55,994 bases of DNA from a virus (IMGVR_UViG_3300033155_001375:1-55994), one strand, 5' to 3'; positions 20,448-30,746 are shown, numbered from the stretch's first letter. Made by a program: numbers and translations. The notes: generated by a model not told the origin, from the sequence alone.

Positions 20448-21008
20448 ATGAATAGGCCCCTCTCAGAACAGCTTGCCGATGCCGTGAATAGCGAAGTCCT
20501 AAGCAGTAGCGGGTTTCGTTGCAAGCTTCTGCGGCTCACCCACGAGAATTACCCCGGCAAGGCGGTTCACGGCGTCCTCCCGCTCGTTGTCATCGGTCAT
20601 GAGGCCCTGACAGACGTCGAGTGGGGAGGGTGGCTCAGAGAGAATGCTACGGCTGCCTACGGGACAGCCTATGCCCAAAAGCTCGTAGAGACCGGCGTGG
20701 ACCTCAAGGCCATGCTGCCAACGGCTCCCATTGGGCGACTGCTCCGCATCTCGAAGGAGGCGAAGTGGATCTCTCTGGCTAATCGGTATCAGTATGTGAA
20801 TGAGGCTGGAGCTATTCTCACCTTGGTTGAGAAGTGGCCTTCGTTGTACAATTTGATGGCAGAGGAAATGGCCGAAGAGGAAATGACCCTGGAGACTTTC
20901 GTTGAACGGGTCAAGAACATGCCAACACCGTGGGAAATAGGCCAAGGTCGAGACCTCACGTTGGGTGACCTCATCGGTCGGGGTGTCGTGTTGACTCCCA
21001 ACTGGTAG
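20448..21008 (+). CDS. Hypothetical protein
   Basis: RBS AGGAG/AGGT; N-terminus MNRPLSEQLAD. Confidence 0.6.
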   Translation: MNRPLSEQLADAVNSEVLSSSGFRCKLLRLTHENYPGKAVHGVLPLVVIGHEALTDVEWGGWLRENATAAYGTAYAQKLVETGVDLKAMLPTAPIGRLLRISKEAKWISLANRYQYVNEAGAILTLVEKWPSLYNLMAEEMAEEEMTLETFVERVKNMPTPWEIGQGRDLTLGDLIGRGVVLTPNW

Positions 21009-21023
21009 GAGAAGGAGAAAACC

Positions 21024-21635
21024 ATGTCTGGACGAGCAGCAGCAACCGATCCGCTTCATGCCTTCAGATTTCATGCGAAGATGATCGCTGGCGAGCCCGT
21101 GAATGGAATTCCTGGCGCGAATCCCAATGATGTGCTTCAGCCATCGTCGGCTGGAGAGGGGTTTATCGCTGGTCAGGGGGCCGAGGCTGGCTTTCAGTCC
21201 ATCACGAGTCCTGAGCTGACCCAGGAGCCTGCGGAGTATCGTGAAGGCATCAGGACCTATACTCAGAAGTTCCCTGGTGTTCCGTCGGTTAATGACATCA
21301 CTATGATCCGTGGGTGTGCGAGATTTGACACGAGCTTCATTTCTTGGATTCTTGCTGCCGCAGAGGGGGATGAGTATCGGGGCGATCTCACCATCTATCA
21401 TATTCAGAGGCCGAAGAGGGAATTGGCTATTGGCAACCAAGGTGCCAATATGGCGGCGACTGAGATCGAGGTGACGGATAAAGACACCAAGAGGTACATC
21501 TTGCGGGATGCCTTCCCGACGCGGGTGAAGATCGCAGGTGACCTCGATTCTTCAACGTCCGATGTTTCGCTATCTGAGATTGACGTTGCTTATGAGCGGT
21601 TCGATATCGAGCTGCCTAAAACAGCAGCCGCGTAG
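21024..21635 (+). CDS. Tail tube protein (gp19/Afp1-like)
   Basis: DPLHAFRF, AGFQSI, EYREG, KFPG, AFP..GDLD..SDV..YE. Confidence 0.9.
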   Translation: MSGRAAATDPLHAFRFHAKMIAGEPVNGIPGANPNDVLQPSSAGEGFIAGQGAEAGFQSITSPELTQEPAEYREGIRTYTQKFPGVPSVNDITMIRGCARFDTSFISWILAAAEGDEYRGDLTIYHIQRPKRELAIGNQGANMAATEIEVTDKDTKRYILRDAFPTRVKIAGDLDSSTSDVSLSEIDVAYERFDIELPKTAAA

Positions 21636-21708
21636 ACCAGAAAGTCCCATGGTCAACTAGGCTGGTCTTCGGGTCTGCCGTAAGGCATCATGGGCCAAAG
21701 GGGTCCTG

Positions 21709-22377
21709 ATGTCTCAGCGGCGTTTTCTTGACATGATGCAGCAGTATCCGTTCTGGGTAATGGACGCATCTGGCTTCGTCGGAAATCCTCTTTTTAGTGT
21801 ATTTGACCCTGTGTTGGGCTTCTCCTCATGCACCACACCAGAGATCTCAGTCGAGACCAAAGAGATTTCTCGGGGGAATTGGGAATTCAAGACCAGGGTC
21901 GTAAAGTCTGCGGACGTCAGTGCTATCACACTCGCCCGTGGTGCTCGATTCTACGACTCCGATTTCTACAACTGGATCACTGGAGCTATTCGTGGTGTGC
22001 AGCCAATAAGGCGCAATTTGGTGGTCATTCACTTTCTCGGGTTCAGACTTCAGCGACATATTGCTGGTCGTGCAGGGCTCATCAATCCTGGGCAATCCGG
22101 AGTCCAGGCAGAGGTTGTGTTGAACACTGCTGGGCAGGCAGGTGCCCCTCTGGACCGTATTCCTGGGCGGGCCTGGTTTTGTGGTGGATGTTTGCCTGTA
22201 AGGTACAAGCCAGGTGGAGATTTTGACGCAAAAGCTAGTGACGTTTCCATCATGGAGTTGGACGTGCAACCTGAGTATGTCCATGAATTGACAACATCGA
22301 CCATCAGTCCCATCGCAGGCCGGATCGCATCATTCACGTTTGCGAGCTTGGAGGCGACAGAGGTTGGTGGTTTCTAA
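21709..22377 (+). CDS. Second tail tube-fold protein (Afp5-like)
   Basis: GFSSCT.PE, ITLARG, FYNWI, PVRYKPG.FDA.SDVSI.EL. Confidence 0.8.
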   Translation: MSQRRFLDMMQQYPFWVMDASGFVGNPLFSVFDPVLGFSSCTTPEISVETKEISRGNWEFKTRVVKSADVSAITLARGARFYDSDFYNWITGAIRGVQPIRRNLVVIHFLGFRLQRHIAGRAGLINPGQSGVQAEVVLNTAGQAGAPLDRIPGRAWFCGGCLPVRYKPGGDFDAKASDVSIMELDVQPEYVHELTTSTISPIAGRIASFTFASLEATEVGGF

Positions 22378-22392
22378 GGGAGGAATGACGCG

Positions 22393-23082
22393 GTGGTCAC
22401 AAAGGTCAACGCCGCATCTGTCCCACGAAGCGAGCGCATCCTGGGTCGGGCAGACTGCCTTGTCACTGACGTCGTCGGTGATGTTGTCCGTATCAGGGCC
22501 GCGAAGGTTAGTAATCGCTTTCAAGTCGAGAAGGTTGACATTTCGACCCCGGGGAGCCCTCCTGCCGTCGCTGTCATCAGGAAGAAATACACGGCCACTG
22601 ACTGCATCATTCACTTCCATGGGCCGCTCAGAAACACCTACACAGGGCTAACACCAGGGAGGATCTATCTTGTCGGCACCGATGGAAGGCCGGCTAAGGC
22701 AGGTGACGCGAATTATCCTGTAAGCGGATCTGATTATTTCCAGCAGATTGGTGTCGCCACAAGTGATGATGAATTACTGGTGATTTTCTTGAGCGCATCG
22801 TTTGGTGGTGCGCCTGTTGCTGCGGCTCGCTTCTTTAGGCAATTGCTGATTCCTACGGCAAACCCGCTAATTTTCAATACAGCCTTGCCATTCAATCATG
22901 GGGGGATTGACACCGAGGTTGTTCATGTAAATGGTCATGCTCAAGTGGATGGCGCTTTCGGGATTGGGGATTATTTGGCGTCGGAATCGGGCGGTCCTGG
23001 GGCTGGATACGATACGATTACATTTCACTACACGCAAAAGGCGTATTTTGTTCGAAGGATCGACTACACGCCTGACATCTGA
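22393..23082 (+). CDS. Putative structural/decoration protein
   Basis: GLTPGRIYLVGTDG..QQIGVA pattern common in virion proteins; GGGAGG RBS. Confidence 0.55.
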   Translation: MVTKVNAASVPRSERILGRADCLVTDVVGDVVRIRAAKVSNRFQVEKVDISTPGSPPAVAVIRKKYTATDCIIHFHGPLRNTYTGLTPGRIYLVGTDGRPAKAGDANYPVSGSDYFQQIGVATSDDELLVIFLSASFGGAPVAAARFFRQLLIPTANPLIFNTALPFNHGGIDTEVVHVNGHAQVDGAFGIGDYLASESGGPGAGYDTITFHYTQKAYFVRRIDYTPDI

Positions 23083-23125
23083 TGGTGGTATGCTCACGAA
23101 GTACGGGGGATAGGAGGAATTTCAA

Positions 23126-24949
23126 ATGGCAGGTAGTGTGTCGCGGTCTGATCAAGAAACTCAGCTATGGTTTTCGGACACTTACAATGATGGTTTGGCG
23201 GCTGGGCAGCCCACCCTGGAGACGGCTTCTACCGACGGCCAGTACGACTTCAATGCGTTACGTTCGCAGGTCAGTCGTATCTGGGATGCGACGATGGGGT
23301 CGAGCTGGTTTGATGATGCCCCTACGGTGAATTCAAAGAAGAGAGCTATTCTTCAGCTCAACACCAATCTGGATACTGTGGAGATCAAGCCTTTTTTGTT
23401 TCCTGACATCATTCTCCCGGACATCACGGTTCCTGCTGCTGTTGATGGCACTGGGGATAGCATTGGTGGTGTGGCGCCGACGATGACGCTCACTGACGCA
23501 GCAGCGCTGTTCACGGTCGATATGATTGGGCGCACAGTGACAATTGCTGGAGCGACGACCCCGGCGAACAATGGAACGTTCCCAATCGTTGGGTACACTG
23601 GCCCGACCATCATCTCGTACACGAATGCTGCTGGTGTTGTTGAGGCGTTCGCAGGTACTTGGGATGTTTCTGACGGTGATTTCGTCGTGCTGTCAGTTGC
23701 AGGTAGCGAAGCTCCGACCCAGACGGCTGCCGTAGGCGCGGTCACCACTGAGGGTGCTGTCGTTGCCTTCGAGGTTGGATTCCCGATTGGATCGATAACA
23801 GAGGTCGCAGGGCCGAATGCTTTGTCACCGCTCAACTTGTGCCTCATCAGGAAAGCATCGACAGGAGAGCCCATCATCAGCGCTGCTGGCAAGGAGATCT
23901 ACGGGCTCCTCCAGTGTGAAGATGCTGTGGACGGGCATACCTTCGATGACGTGAACAAGCGAGTGCAGATTTCCTTCGTCGAAGAGAATGCGGCAGGGGA
24001 TAATCTCATCCTCGTTCCCCCGGAGGATATTGGCGGTGAGGTCATCAATTACCAGTACGTTCGACGGCTGGAATATCTGAACCTGCCAGAGTGGGCCTTC
24101 TTGTTCCGCGTATTCGAGGATCAGGTCGGCGGCACAGACGTCACCAGGCAACGGGCATACACGAATCAGGCTGCTGCCCCTGTGAATTCCGTGACCAACT
24201 CTACACTCGACCTCGAAGGCCCTGGGCTCTACTGGGAGCTTCGGGATGACTTGGAGGCCAGACTCTTCGGCATTATCGAGGGATCGGCTGGCGGCACCAG
24301 CGAGGTGCAGATCGCGACCGATGTGGACACGTTCAACGTGGATGCTCAGGTCAATGACTTTGCCAAGGGTGTCACCATCGACTCCACTGGTAATGACATC
24401 GCTGTTGGTGTCACTGCTGGGCATGTCGAAACGACTGGCGCGGCGGTTGACCTTCATCTTCAAGGTGGTCGAGAGATCTTCCTCGATGACACCAATCAAA
24501 CTGGTTCTGGTTGGGTACAGACGGATGGTATCAAACTTTCTGAAACCCAACAGGAGTGGATCGACTTCAAGACGGCATTCGGCGAGGTCAGTTTGCTCAA
24601 TGCAATCGAGCAGGCAAAGTCGGCGACGTCCAGGTGTAAGACCTACGCGGCTGTCTTGGCGGCGGATATTGTTGCTGGCACGCTCATCGAGGGTCCTGGC
24701 GGTCCAGGTGCAGCGAACACCACCGCAGACCTCTGTGACTATCGGACGTCTTCCTGGGTCACACAGGTGGACATGTACGTCAATGGAAAATGGCAGTGGA
24801 ATGGTGTCAATCTGGCGGCGGCGAAGGATAATTACCCGAGTGCTGTCGCGGTTGAAATGCAATTCGGCTGCTATTACCAGACTTTCCCGCTGAAATGGCG
24901 CGGAGGTGGTGGGAACGAAGACGTCATATCCATGGTCGCTTGGGGCTAA
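23126..24949 (+). CDS. Putative structural protein with shared ~70 aa module
   Basis: AGGAGG RBS; 607 aa G/A/T/V/D-rich. Confidence 0.65.
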   Translation: MAGSVSRSDQETQLWFSDTYNDGLAAGQPTLETASTDGQYDFNALRSQVSRIWDATMGSSWFDDAPTVNSKKRAILQLNTNLDTVEIKPFLFPDIILPDITVPAAVDGTGDSIGGVAPTMTLTDAAALFTVDMIGRTVTIAGATTPANNGTFPIVGYTGPTIISYTNAAGVVEAFAGTWDVSDGDFVVLSVAGSEAPTQTAAVGAVTTEGAVVAFEVGFPIGSITEVAGPNALSPLNLCLIRKASTGEPIISAAGKEIYGLLQCEDAVDGHTFDDVNKRVQISFVEENAAGDNLILVPPEDIGGEVINYQYVRRLEYLNLPEWAFLFRVFEDQVGGTDVTRQRAYTNQAAAPVNSVTNSTLDLEGPGLYWELRDDLEARLFGIIEGSAGGTSEVQIATDVDTFNVDAQVNDFAKGVTIDSTGNDIAVGVTAGHVETTGAAVDLHLQGGREIFLDDTNQTGSGWVQTDGIKLSETQQEWIDFKTAFGEVSLLNAIEQAKSATSRCKTYAAVLAADIVAGTLIEGPGGPGAANTTADLCDYRTSSWVTQVDMYVNGKWQWNGVNLAAAKDNYPSAVAVEMQFGCYYQTFPLKWRGGGGNEDVISMVAWG

Positions 24950-24993
24950 TAGCCCATACCAACCATTAGGAGAAGGAGAAGGAGAAGACGAAG

Positions 24994-25668
24994 ATGAGTA
25001 TGAATCAACATACGGCTGAGGTGCGGAAGCTCACGGCGGCGGAGTTTGGCAAAAGCTTCTCTGACAAGCAAAAAGAAGCTGAAGATAGCCAAACCCGCCA
25101 GACCGGGGCAAAAGAAGCTATGACGGTTGCCTCCGAGAATCTGGTCGAAATGCTCGGTCAGATTCGGGAGAAATGGAAGACCGACGGTATCGTTGAAGGC
25201 TTCTCGAAAGAGGAGCTTGAGAAGATGACTGCCGAGGTCAAGAAGTCCATCATTCAGGGGCAGATCATCTGGGTACAGCGGTGCGTCGGGTCGCTCGATG
25301 CTCTTGTCATTCAATGTGATCAGGCTATCATTCTGGCCGGCGCCAAGATCAAGGCATTCAAGGAGGCCGAGGATCAGGCCAAGGCCATGTTCGAGTTTGA
25401 GTCTGCAAAGATGGACGCATTTCAGAAGTCCATCAAAGACGGTACCGTTGTCAAAAATGATGACGGGGAATACGTACTTGCTCCTGGTAATGACAAGGAG
25501 ACCAACTCCGTCGTCGGCGTTCACCCTGGCCTGACCGAAAAGCAGAAGCGACTAGCGGAAGAGAAGGCCGAGAAGGACAAGGCCGAGGCCAAACCACCAG
25601 AGGAGAAGAAACGGTTGCGACCGAAGAGGTCATCGAAGAAAGCAGCGGCGAAGCGAAAGAAGAAGTAG
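24994..25668 (+). CDS. Hypothetical coiled-coil protein with Lys-rich tail
   Basis: Tandem AGGAGA x3 upstream. Confidence 0.65.
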   Translation: MSMNQHTAEVRKLTAAEFGKSFSDKQKEAEDSQTRQTGAKEAMTVASENLVEMLGQIREKWKTDGIVEGFSKEELEKMTAEVKKSIIQGQIIWVQRCVGSLDALVIQCDQAIILAGAKIKAFKEAEDQAKAMFEFESAKMDAFQKSIKDGTVVKNDDGEYVLAPGNDKETNSVVGVHPGLTEKQKRLAEEKAEKDKAEAKPPEEKKRLRPKRSSKKAAAKRKKK

Positions 25669-26583
25669 ATGGCCAAAACCCCAGATGCCGCAGACGGCCC
25701 ATCTCTGGAAGAAGCTGTAATCTGGGATGAGTGGGCTTCTGACCCGGAGAAAGAACGTCGTACTCAGCATGTCCAGGGCAAGGGCCTCGTCATTATGGAA
25801 GACGGGGTTGTTCGAGGCATTGGAGAGTCCCGCGTAAATATCCATCAGTACCCTGTCGACGATCAAGACGTGAACATTCCCCCTGGCACTCCAACAACTG
25901 GTTACCGCGTAATAGTTGGAAGCTCTCCAGAGGGTGTTTTTGTCGGTCATTCCGGCGAAATTGCACAATACAATGGGGCGTCCTGGGTGTTTTCTACGCC
26001 GAAGAAAGGCACCAGGCTTTTCGTCAAAGATGAGAGTCTGCCGTATGTGCAGGAAGCGTCCAGCTCTCCATGGTCGTGGATTCTGAACAAGGCCAATGCT
26101 GTGCAGATTCAGGGGCGATCTGTACACGCTTCGGTTCCGGACGACTGGAACATTCTGAAGTGGAACAATTCGGAATCTAGGTGGGAGTCGGGTGCTGGCC
26201 CGCAGAATGGATTTGGATCGTGGTACAAAGACGAGCAGGAGCCAGGGGAGATCGGGACAACGAGTGAGTCTTGGCAGGACGCGCTAATCCTGACATTTCC
26301 TATTGGCCTCGTGGAGGGAGACTATTTGATTCAGTGCTGCATGATCGCACGGGGGTCTTCTAGCAGTACAAGAGTAGGGGTAAGGCAGCTTTTTGATACG
26401 ACGGAATTGTGTTCTATTGTAATTCAGGCGACTGGGACCGCGACTCAGGTTCCGATGAGCAATTTTCATGTACAGAGGTCCATTTCTGGCTCTCATACAT
26501 TTGCACTTCAGTATCGCAAAGATGGTGGGGCTGGAACTGCCTATGTGAAGCAACGAGTGGCTATGGGCTTGAGGGTTGACTGA
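25669..26583 (+). CDS. DUF2793-like fibre/spike protein
   Basis: PPGTPTTG.RVIVG..P.G.F.GH.GEIA.Y..W.F..PK.G pattern. Confidence 0.65.
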   Translation: MAKTPDAADGPSLEEAVIWDEWASDPEKERRTQHVQGKGLVIMEDGVVRGIGESRVNIHQYPVDDQDVNIPPGTPTTGYRVIVGSSPEGVFVGHSGEIAQYNGASWVFSTPKKGTRLFVKDESLPYVQEASSSPWSWILNKANAVQIQGRSVHASVPDDWNILKWNNSESRWESGAGPQNGFGSWYKDEQEPGEIGTTSESWQDALILTFPIGLVEGDYLIQCCMIARGSSSSTRVGVRQLFDTTELCSIVIQATGTATQVPMSNFHVQRSISGSHTFALQYRKDGGAGTAYVKQRVAMGLRVD

Positions 26584-27839
26584 TGGCGAACTATCCCAAG
26601 ACATATCCGTTGACGGCATTTACTACGTCTGGTGGCGTCGTGTCGAACGACAAGCTCGCGGACCAGATACATGCCGATCCAAATATTCTTGTTGATCTAG
26701 GAACCGACGGCATCGCGACTGATGCGACGAATTGCTACATCAATTTCAAAGACCCCCTTCCGGCTGGGCAGAAGACCCCGTACTTGGATGACATAGTTGC
26801 TGCTCATGATGGCATACCTCCAGATGACCCGGGCCTTCCGGTTGCGATGTCGGGAGAGAGCAGGTCTTCGGATGGCACGCTTCTCGTCGGAGACCAAAGC
26901 CTGGTCCTTGGGCAGACATCGTTTTTACGCTCCGATATCGGCACTGAAGTCATGAATATTGATGGCCAAGCATCCGGCGCTACGGTCAACATCTGGGATG
27001 GGGATTCAGTGGATGACTGGACGCCGAGTGGAGAGGGCTCGGCCACGACCGGCTCGGCGCATAGTGGCACCTATGGTTGGGATACAGGCGTCACTGCCAA
27101 GGACAGCACAACGCTTCTCACGCACACGTCGGACATAGATGTCAGCGGGTACTCGCAACTTTCATTTTGGTTACAGCCGAAGGCATTCCCTGGCGGGTCA
27201 CGGCTTGATATCCGTTGGCAGACAATGGGAGGCTCGGATCGAGGGTCGCAGCTCGATTTGGCTGCCTACGTCACTAACTACGATCTCGATGTCTGGCAGA
27301 AGGTTACCATCCCGATGGCGGATTTCTCATTGGGTTCAGACATTGTGGGGCGATTGAGATTGACTTACGCCAAGGAATCCGATCAGCAGTTCTGGTTTGA
27401 TGAGTTCGAGTTTTCGGCGTCAGGCGGGGATGGACCATTCACGTTCCGAGTGGAAGCTCCTGATGCCACTGAGCGATATCATGTTTCGATGATCGTTATG
27501 CTCCTTGCAGGTGCTAGCTCTGGGTGGGATCATAACACCTTCGCTAACATTTCAGTGCTGACCAACGGACTCCTCTTGCGTCATCGTCGGATCTCTGATG
27601 GTGAGGTTCTTTGGTCGTTCAACTCCAAGGACAACGTCGACCTGTTTGGGAGGTACCACCCGCAGGACGATGTGGAGTTCGCTGACGGCACATTGCTGGT
27701 TGGATTCATGGTGAAGCCAGGCGGGGCCAGTGTGGTTGTGACAGATGATGAGGTGCTTGAATTTGTCGTGCGGGACGATTTGAGCGCATTGGATAGTGCT
27801 AGGGCATTCGTCCACTATGGGGTGGAGGTGGTGTCATGA
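26583..27839 (+). CDS. Structural protein with galactose-binding/CBM-like domain
   Basis: DVSGYSQLSFW..WQKVTIPMADF..FWFDE pattern. Confidence 0.6.
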   Translation: MANYPKTYPLTAFTTSGGVVSNDKLADQIHADPNILVDLGTDGIATDATNCYINFKDPLPAGQKTPYLDDIVAAHDGIPPDDPGLPVAMSGESRSSDGTLLVGDQSLVLGQTSFLRSDIGTEVMNIDGQASGATVNIWDGDSVDDWTPSGEGSATTGSAHSGTYGWDTGVTAKDSTTLLTHTSDIDVSGYSQLSFWLQPKAFPGGSRLDIRWQTMGGSDRGSQLDLAAYVTNYDLDVWQKVTIPMADFSLGSDIVGRLRLTYAKESDQQFWFDEFEFSASGGDGPFTFRVEAPDATERYHVSMIVMLLAGASSGWDHNTFANISVLTNGLLLRHRRISDGEVLWSFNSKDNVDLFGRYHPQDDVEFADGTLLVGFMVKPGGASVVVTDDEVLEFVVRDDLSALDSARAFVHYGVEVVS

Positions 27840-28309
27840 ATCTAAACAAGAATCCACGGACCGCTGATGGAATGCCGATCAGTGCTCCAACCTTTGAGGA
27901 CACTGCTGGATTAGCTCCGCAGTGGGAGGGTCATAAGTACACTGCTATTGCAGGTGCCATCAATATTTTTGACGAGCTGGTAACCACTGAAAAAAAGCTT
28001 CGTGGAGGGTCATACGAGACTTTTGGTGTCGATGCTGTTGTCGGGGATATTGTGGAGTTCGCTGTTGTGGACAAGGATGACGTGTTGGGGCTGTTTGGGA
28101 TGCTTGGTTTGACAGTCGGCATAGATGTCCTTGAGCTTCGGAAGTATGTCCGAAAAGAATATGTGAATCCCAGTGCTTTTGGTCGTCGCCAGGTATTTGA
28201 GGGCAATTCGGCGTTTGCTGTGATAGCTGGGCTTTATCTTCGATCAGTTTACGAGTCGAATGGGTCTGTCGATGTGGTGTTCAAGGTGAATATGCTGGCC
28301 TACGAGTAG
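27836..28309 (+). CDS. Hypothetical protein
   Basis: ATGA coupling, GGAGG RBS. Confidence 0.65.
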   Translation: MNLNKNPRTADGMPISAPTFEDTAGLAPQWEGHKYTAIAGAINIFDELVTTEKKLRGGSYETFGVDAVVGDIVEFAVVDKDDVLGLFGMLGLTVGIDVLELRKYVRKEYVNPSAFGRRQVFEGNSAFAVIAGLYLRSVYESNGSVDVVFKVNMLAYE

Positions 28310-28318
28310 GAGGGTGCC

Positions 28319-28492
28319 GTGGCTAATCAAGACGTGTATGTGAACGGGACGAAAGAGAAGCCATTGAAAAAGACGAGATGCCCTCTTCCGACTGAGCCGC
28401 CTCACTACATAGACTGGCAGGGGGCATTGCTGAAAAAGCAAAAGATGGAGGCCGAGAAGGCGAAGAAGGCCAGGGAGAAAAGGGAAAAATAG
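28319..28492 (+). CDS. Small basic protein (57 aa, not in ORF track)
   Basis: AGGAGG RBS, GTG start, MANQDVYVNG...KAREKREK, fills the gap. Confidence 0.55.
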   Translation: MANQDVYVNGTKEKPLKKTRCPLPTEPPHYIDWQGALLKKQKMEAEKAKKAREKREK

Positions 28493-28535
28493 ATACGCCA
28501 GTGATTGTTGTTCGGGGGCAGGGAGTTTTGTCGAA

Positions 28536-29090
28536 ATGTCGTGCATCATTGGATTCGGAACCAATAGCCACTGGACAAGCTGGCTCATTAGAAAAATTAT
28601 CAGAGGAGAATATTCGCATTCGTGGATAGAGCTAGACTGTGATGGACTTGGGCGCATGGCGCTTCACGCCTCTTCGATACGGGTAGGGATGAGGACTGTT
28701 CATGGGGTGGCTGTAGTTCCAGATTTTGTGGTCCATAAGAATTACCCAGTCAAAAAACGCTATTCCATTGATCATGATTTGTCTTCAGGTCTCATATGGG
28801 CAAGATCGATGGTTGGGGCTGGGTACGACTTTGGGGTGATCTGGAATGGGCTTTTATTGCTCCTGTTGCGTTTGACTGGATGGAAGTGGCTGGAGCGATA
28901 TGTTGTCAGAAACGCATCGATTGTCTCTTGCTCGGAGCTGATTTCATCTATTGTAAGGAAGTCTCGCGTTAGAGGATCTGATATTATTGACCCAGAGCTG
29001 ACTACGAGCAGTGGTAGCAATTTGGTGACCATTTCATTGGAAACGTGGTGTGCTAAGTCTGGGCTGTGTAAGGAGCTGGAAGATGTGTGA
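28536..29090 (+). CDS. Permuted papain-like (YaeF/YiiX, NlpC/P60) peptidase/amidase
   Basis: SWLIR..YSH, GAGYD, C-terminal CSEL: His precedes Cys. Confidence 0.75.
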   Translation: MSCIIGFGTNSHWTSWLIRKIIRGEYSHSWIELDCDGLGRMALHASSIRVGMRTVHGVAVVPDFVVHKNYPVKKRYSIDHDLSSGLIWARSMVGAGYDFGVIWNGLLLLLLRLTGWKWLERYVVRNASIVSCSELISSIVRKSRVRGSDIIDPELTTSSGSNLVTISLETWCAKSGLCKELEDV

Positions 29091-29424
29091 GGGTGAGGGC
29101 GAGGGGAAAGACCGACAGACGGACCCCGATGTATTTTCATCGGCGATACTCGATGGGTTTCGAGACATCAAAGAGAACCTTGATGACATCAAAGAGCGAC
29201 TGGAGAGGCTAGAAAATCGACAGGAGAAAGTGGAGGGCAAGCTGGCTCGCGTGGTGATAGACCTTGGGACCTTGAACAAGTTCCAAAAGGGCTTTGTTGG
29301 AAGACTGGTGACTGTGGAGGACCATGTGATGGATGAGCCTCTTTATTCTGAGGAGGTAAATTCTTCGCCTTCATCTCCGCCGACACCGATAGCTGTAGCT
29401 GCTTCATTCAAGAAAAAATTGTGA
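29083..29424 (+). CDS. Coiled-coil hypothetical protein
   Basis: AGGAG RBS before ATG 29083; heptad pattern. Confidence 0.55.
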   Translation: MCEGEGEGKDRQTDPDVFSSAILDGFRDIKENLDDIKERLERLENRQEKVEGKLARVVIDLGTLNKFQKGFVGRLVTVEDHVMDEPLYSEEVNSSPSSPPTPIAVAASFKKKL

Positions 29425-30242
29425 CACTCAATGCTTCAGTCGGTGAGCTGGTCCAAGTCCAGTTTCCTTGTTTCGATATTGACGGGGTTACCCCCTTGTC
29501 AGGTCTTATTGACGTAGATTTTGGAAAGCTCCTCCTGCTGAATAATACGGTCAGCGCTGTCGTTATGACCGTATCTGAAGTGGGGGCTACAGGTCGTTAC
29601 GTGATGCAATTCACGCCCAATGCTGATGGTCTCTGGTACGCCGAAGTGACAACCGAGGTGGATGACATTTTCGCGGACCAGGTTGAGGTTGGTCCTCCGC
29701 CTGATGATTGGCTCACTGCAATCGCCACCGAGGTCTGGAGCACTATTTTGCCAGGGGCCTTCCCTGCGAGCAGTGCTGGATACAGGCTGGCGACCGTGGA
29801 TGCCAATGTGGCCGACATTCATGACGCACTCATAATGGCTGTGCTCACGGCGACAGGTGGTGGTGTGGACGGCGTGGAGACCAATGCTGCCCAGGTGGAT
29901 GGCTTCTACGATAACCTCACCCTGGTGGTGCGCAATGCGGCTGGGAATGTGTCACGGCGCATTGACTCCTATGAGCAGTTGGGTGGCACATTTCTTTTCG
30001 CCGACGATTTGCCATTTATCCCGGCGCCTGGTGACGAGGTGATCGTCCTGGGGATACTGGGCAAGGTGCTCTGTGAGAATAGCGACTCCTTGTTGGCCAA
30101 GCTCGTAGAAATTTGGCAACGGCTTGGACTCGACCCGGAGAACCCGCTCTGTATCTCGAAGACGGAGCAGACGGCGGACGGCTGGAAGATCATTAGCACC
30201 GTGGTAGGCAACAGGCTGATCAATACGAGGGAGGACACCTAG
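29421..30242 (+). CDS. Putative structural protein
   Basis: GTGA coupling; beta-sandwich-like N-part. Confidence 0.6.
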   Translation: MTLNASVGELVQVQFPCFDIDGVTPLSGLIDVDFGKLLLLNNTVSAVVMTVSEVGATGRYVMQFTPNADGLWYAEVTTEVDDIFADQVEVGPPPDDWLTAIATEVWSTILPGAFPASSAGYRLATVDANVADIHDALIMAVLTATGGGVDGVETNAAQVDGFYDNLTLVVRNAAGNVSRRIDSYEQLGGTFLFADDLPFIPAPGDEVIVLGILGKVLCENSDSLLAKLVEIWQRLGLDPENPLCISKTEQTADGWKIISTVVGNRLINTREDT

Positions 30243-30243
30243 T

Positions 30244-30720
30244 GTGGATATCCTTCTCCCGCCAGACCCGTTTCACCTCTCGACGTTAGGTCTTTTCGAC
30301 AGCGAGATTGGCAAGTCGACTCTTGGTTACATTGTGGGGCCACCAATCGTTCCACGTTTTCCTGCTGAGGGCATTGTCCAGGAGATGGCGTGGTTGGCTC
30401 GTGTCGAGCCCCAGGGAGACTGGTGGGCGAAAGCCCAGGGGCAGAGCTGGCGCGGGGTGTTGGATACCACGGTGTTCGACCTCGAAGGGCTCTTCGGGTC
30501 TACGACACATCGAGCTGTTGTGGAGGCTCGTGAGGAGTTCCTGGCTATCATTCAGCAGGCTGATGATCTCTTGGGCGCTGTGGAGTCCATCGAAGAGTCG
30601 GCATCTGTGCAGCCAGATGGTAGTGTAGGGGCTGTAGAGGATGGCGCTGATAGTGCAACCGTCCAAGAGGCTGTCCCTGTTGGCACTGTGAAGGACAAGC
30701 CTGGAGAGGGGTGCTGTTGA
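30244..30720 (+). CDS. Hypothetical protein
   Basis: GGGAGG RBS. Confidence 0.55.
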   Translation: MDILLPPDPFHLSTLGLFDSEIGKSTLGYIVGPPIVPRFPAEGIVQEMAWLARVEPQGDWWAKAQGQSWRGVLDTTVFDLEGLFGSTTHRAVVEAREEFLAIIQQADDLLGAVESIEESASVQPDGSVGAVEDGADSATVQEAVPVGTVKDKPGEGCC

Positions 30721-30746
30721 TATGCCAAGACCAAGGGAGGTAGACT

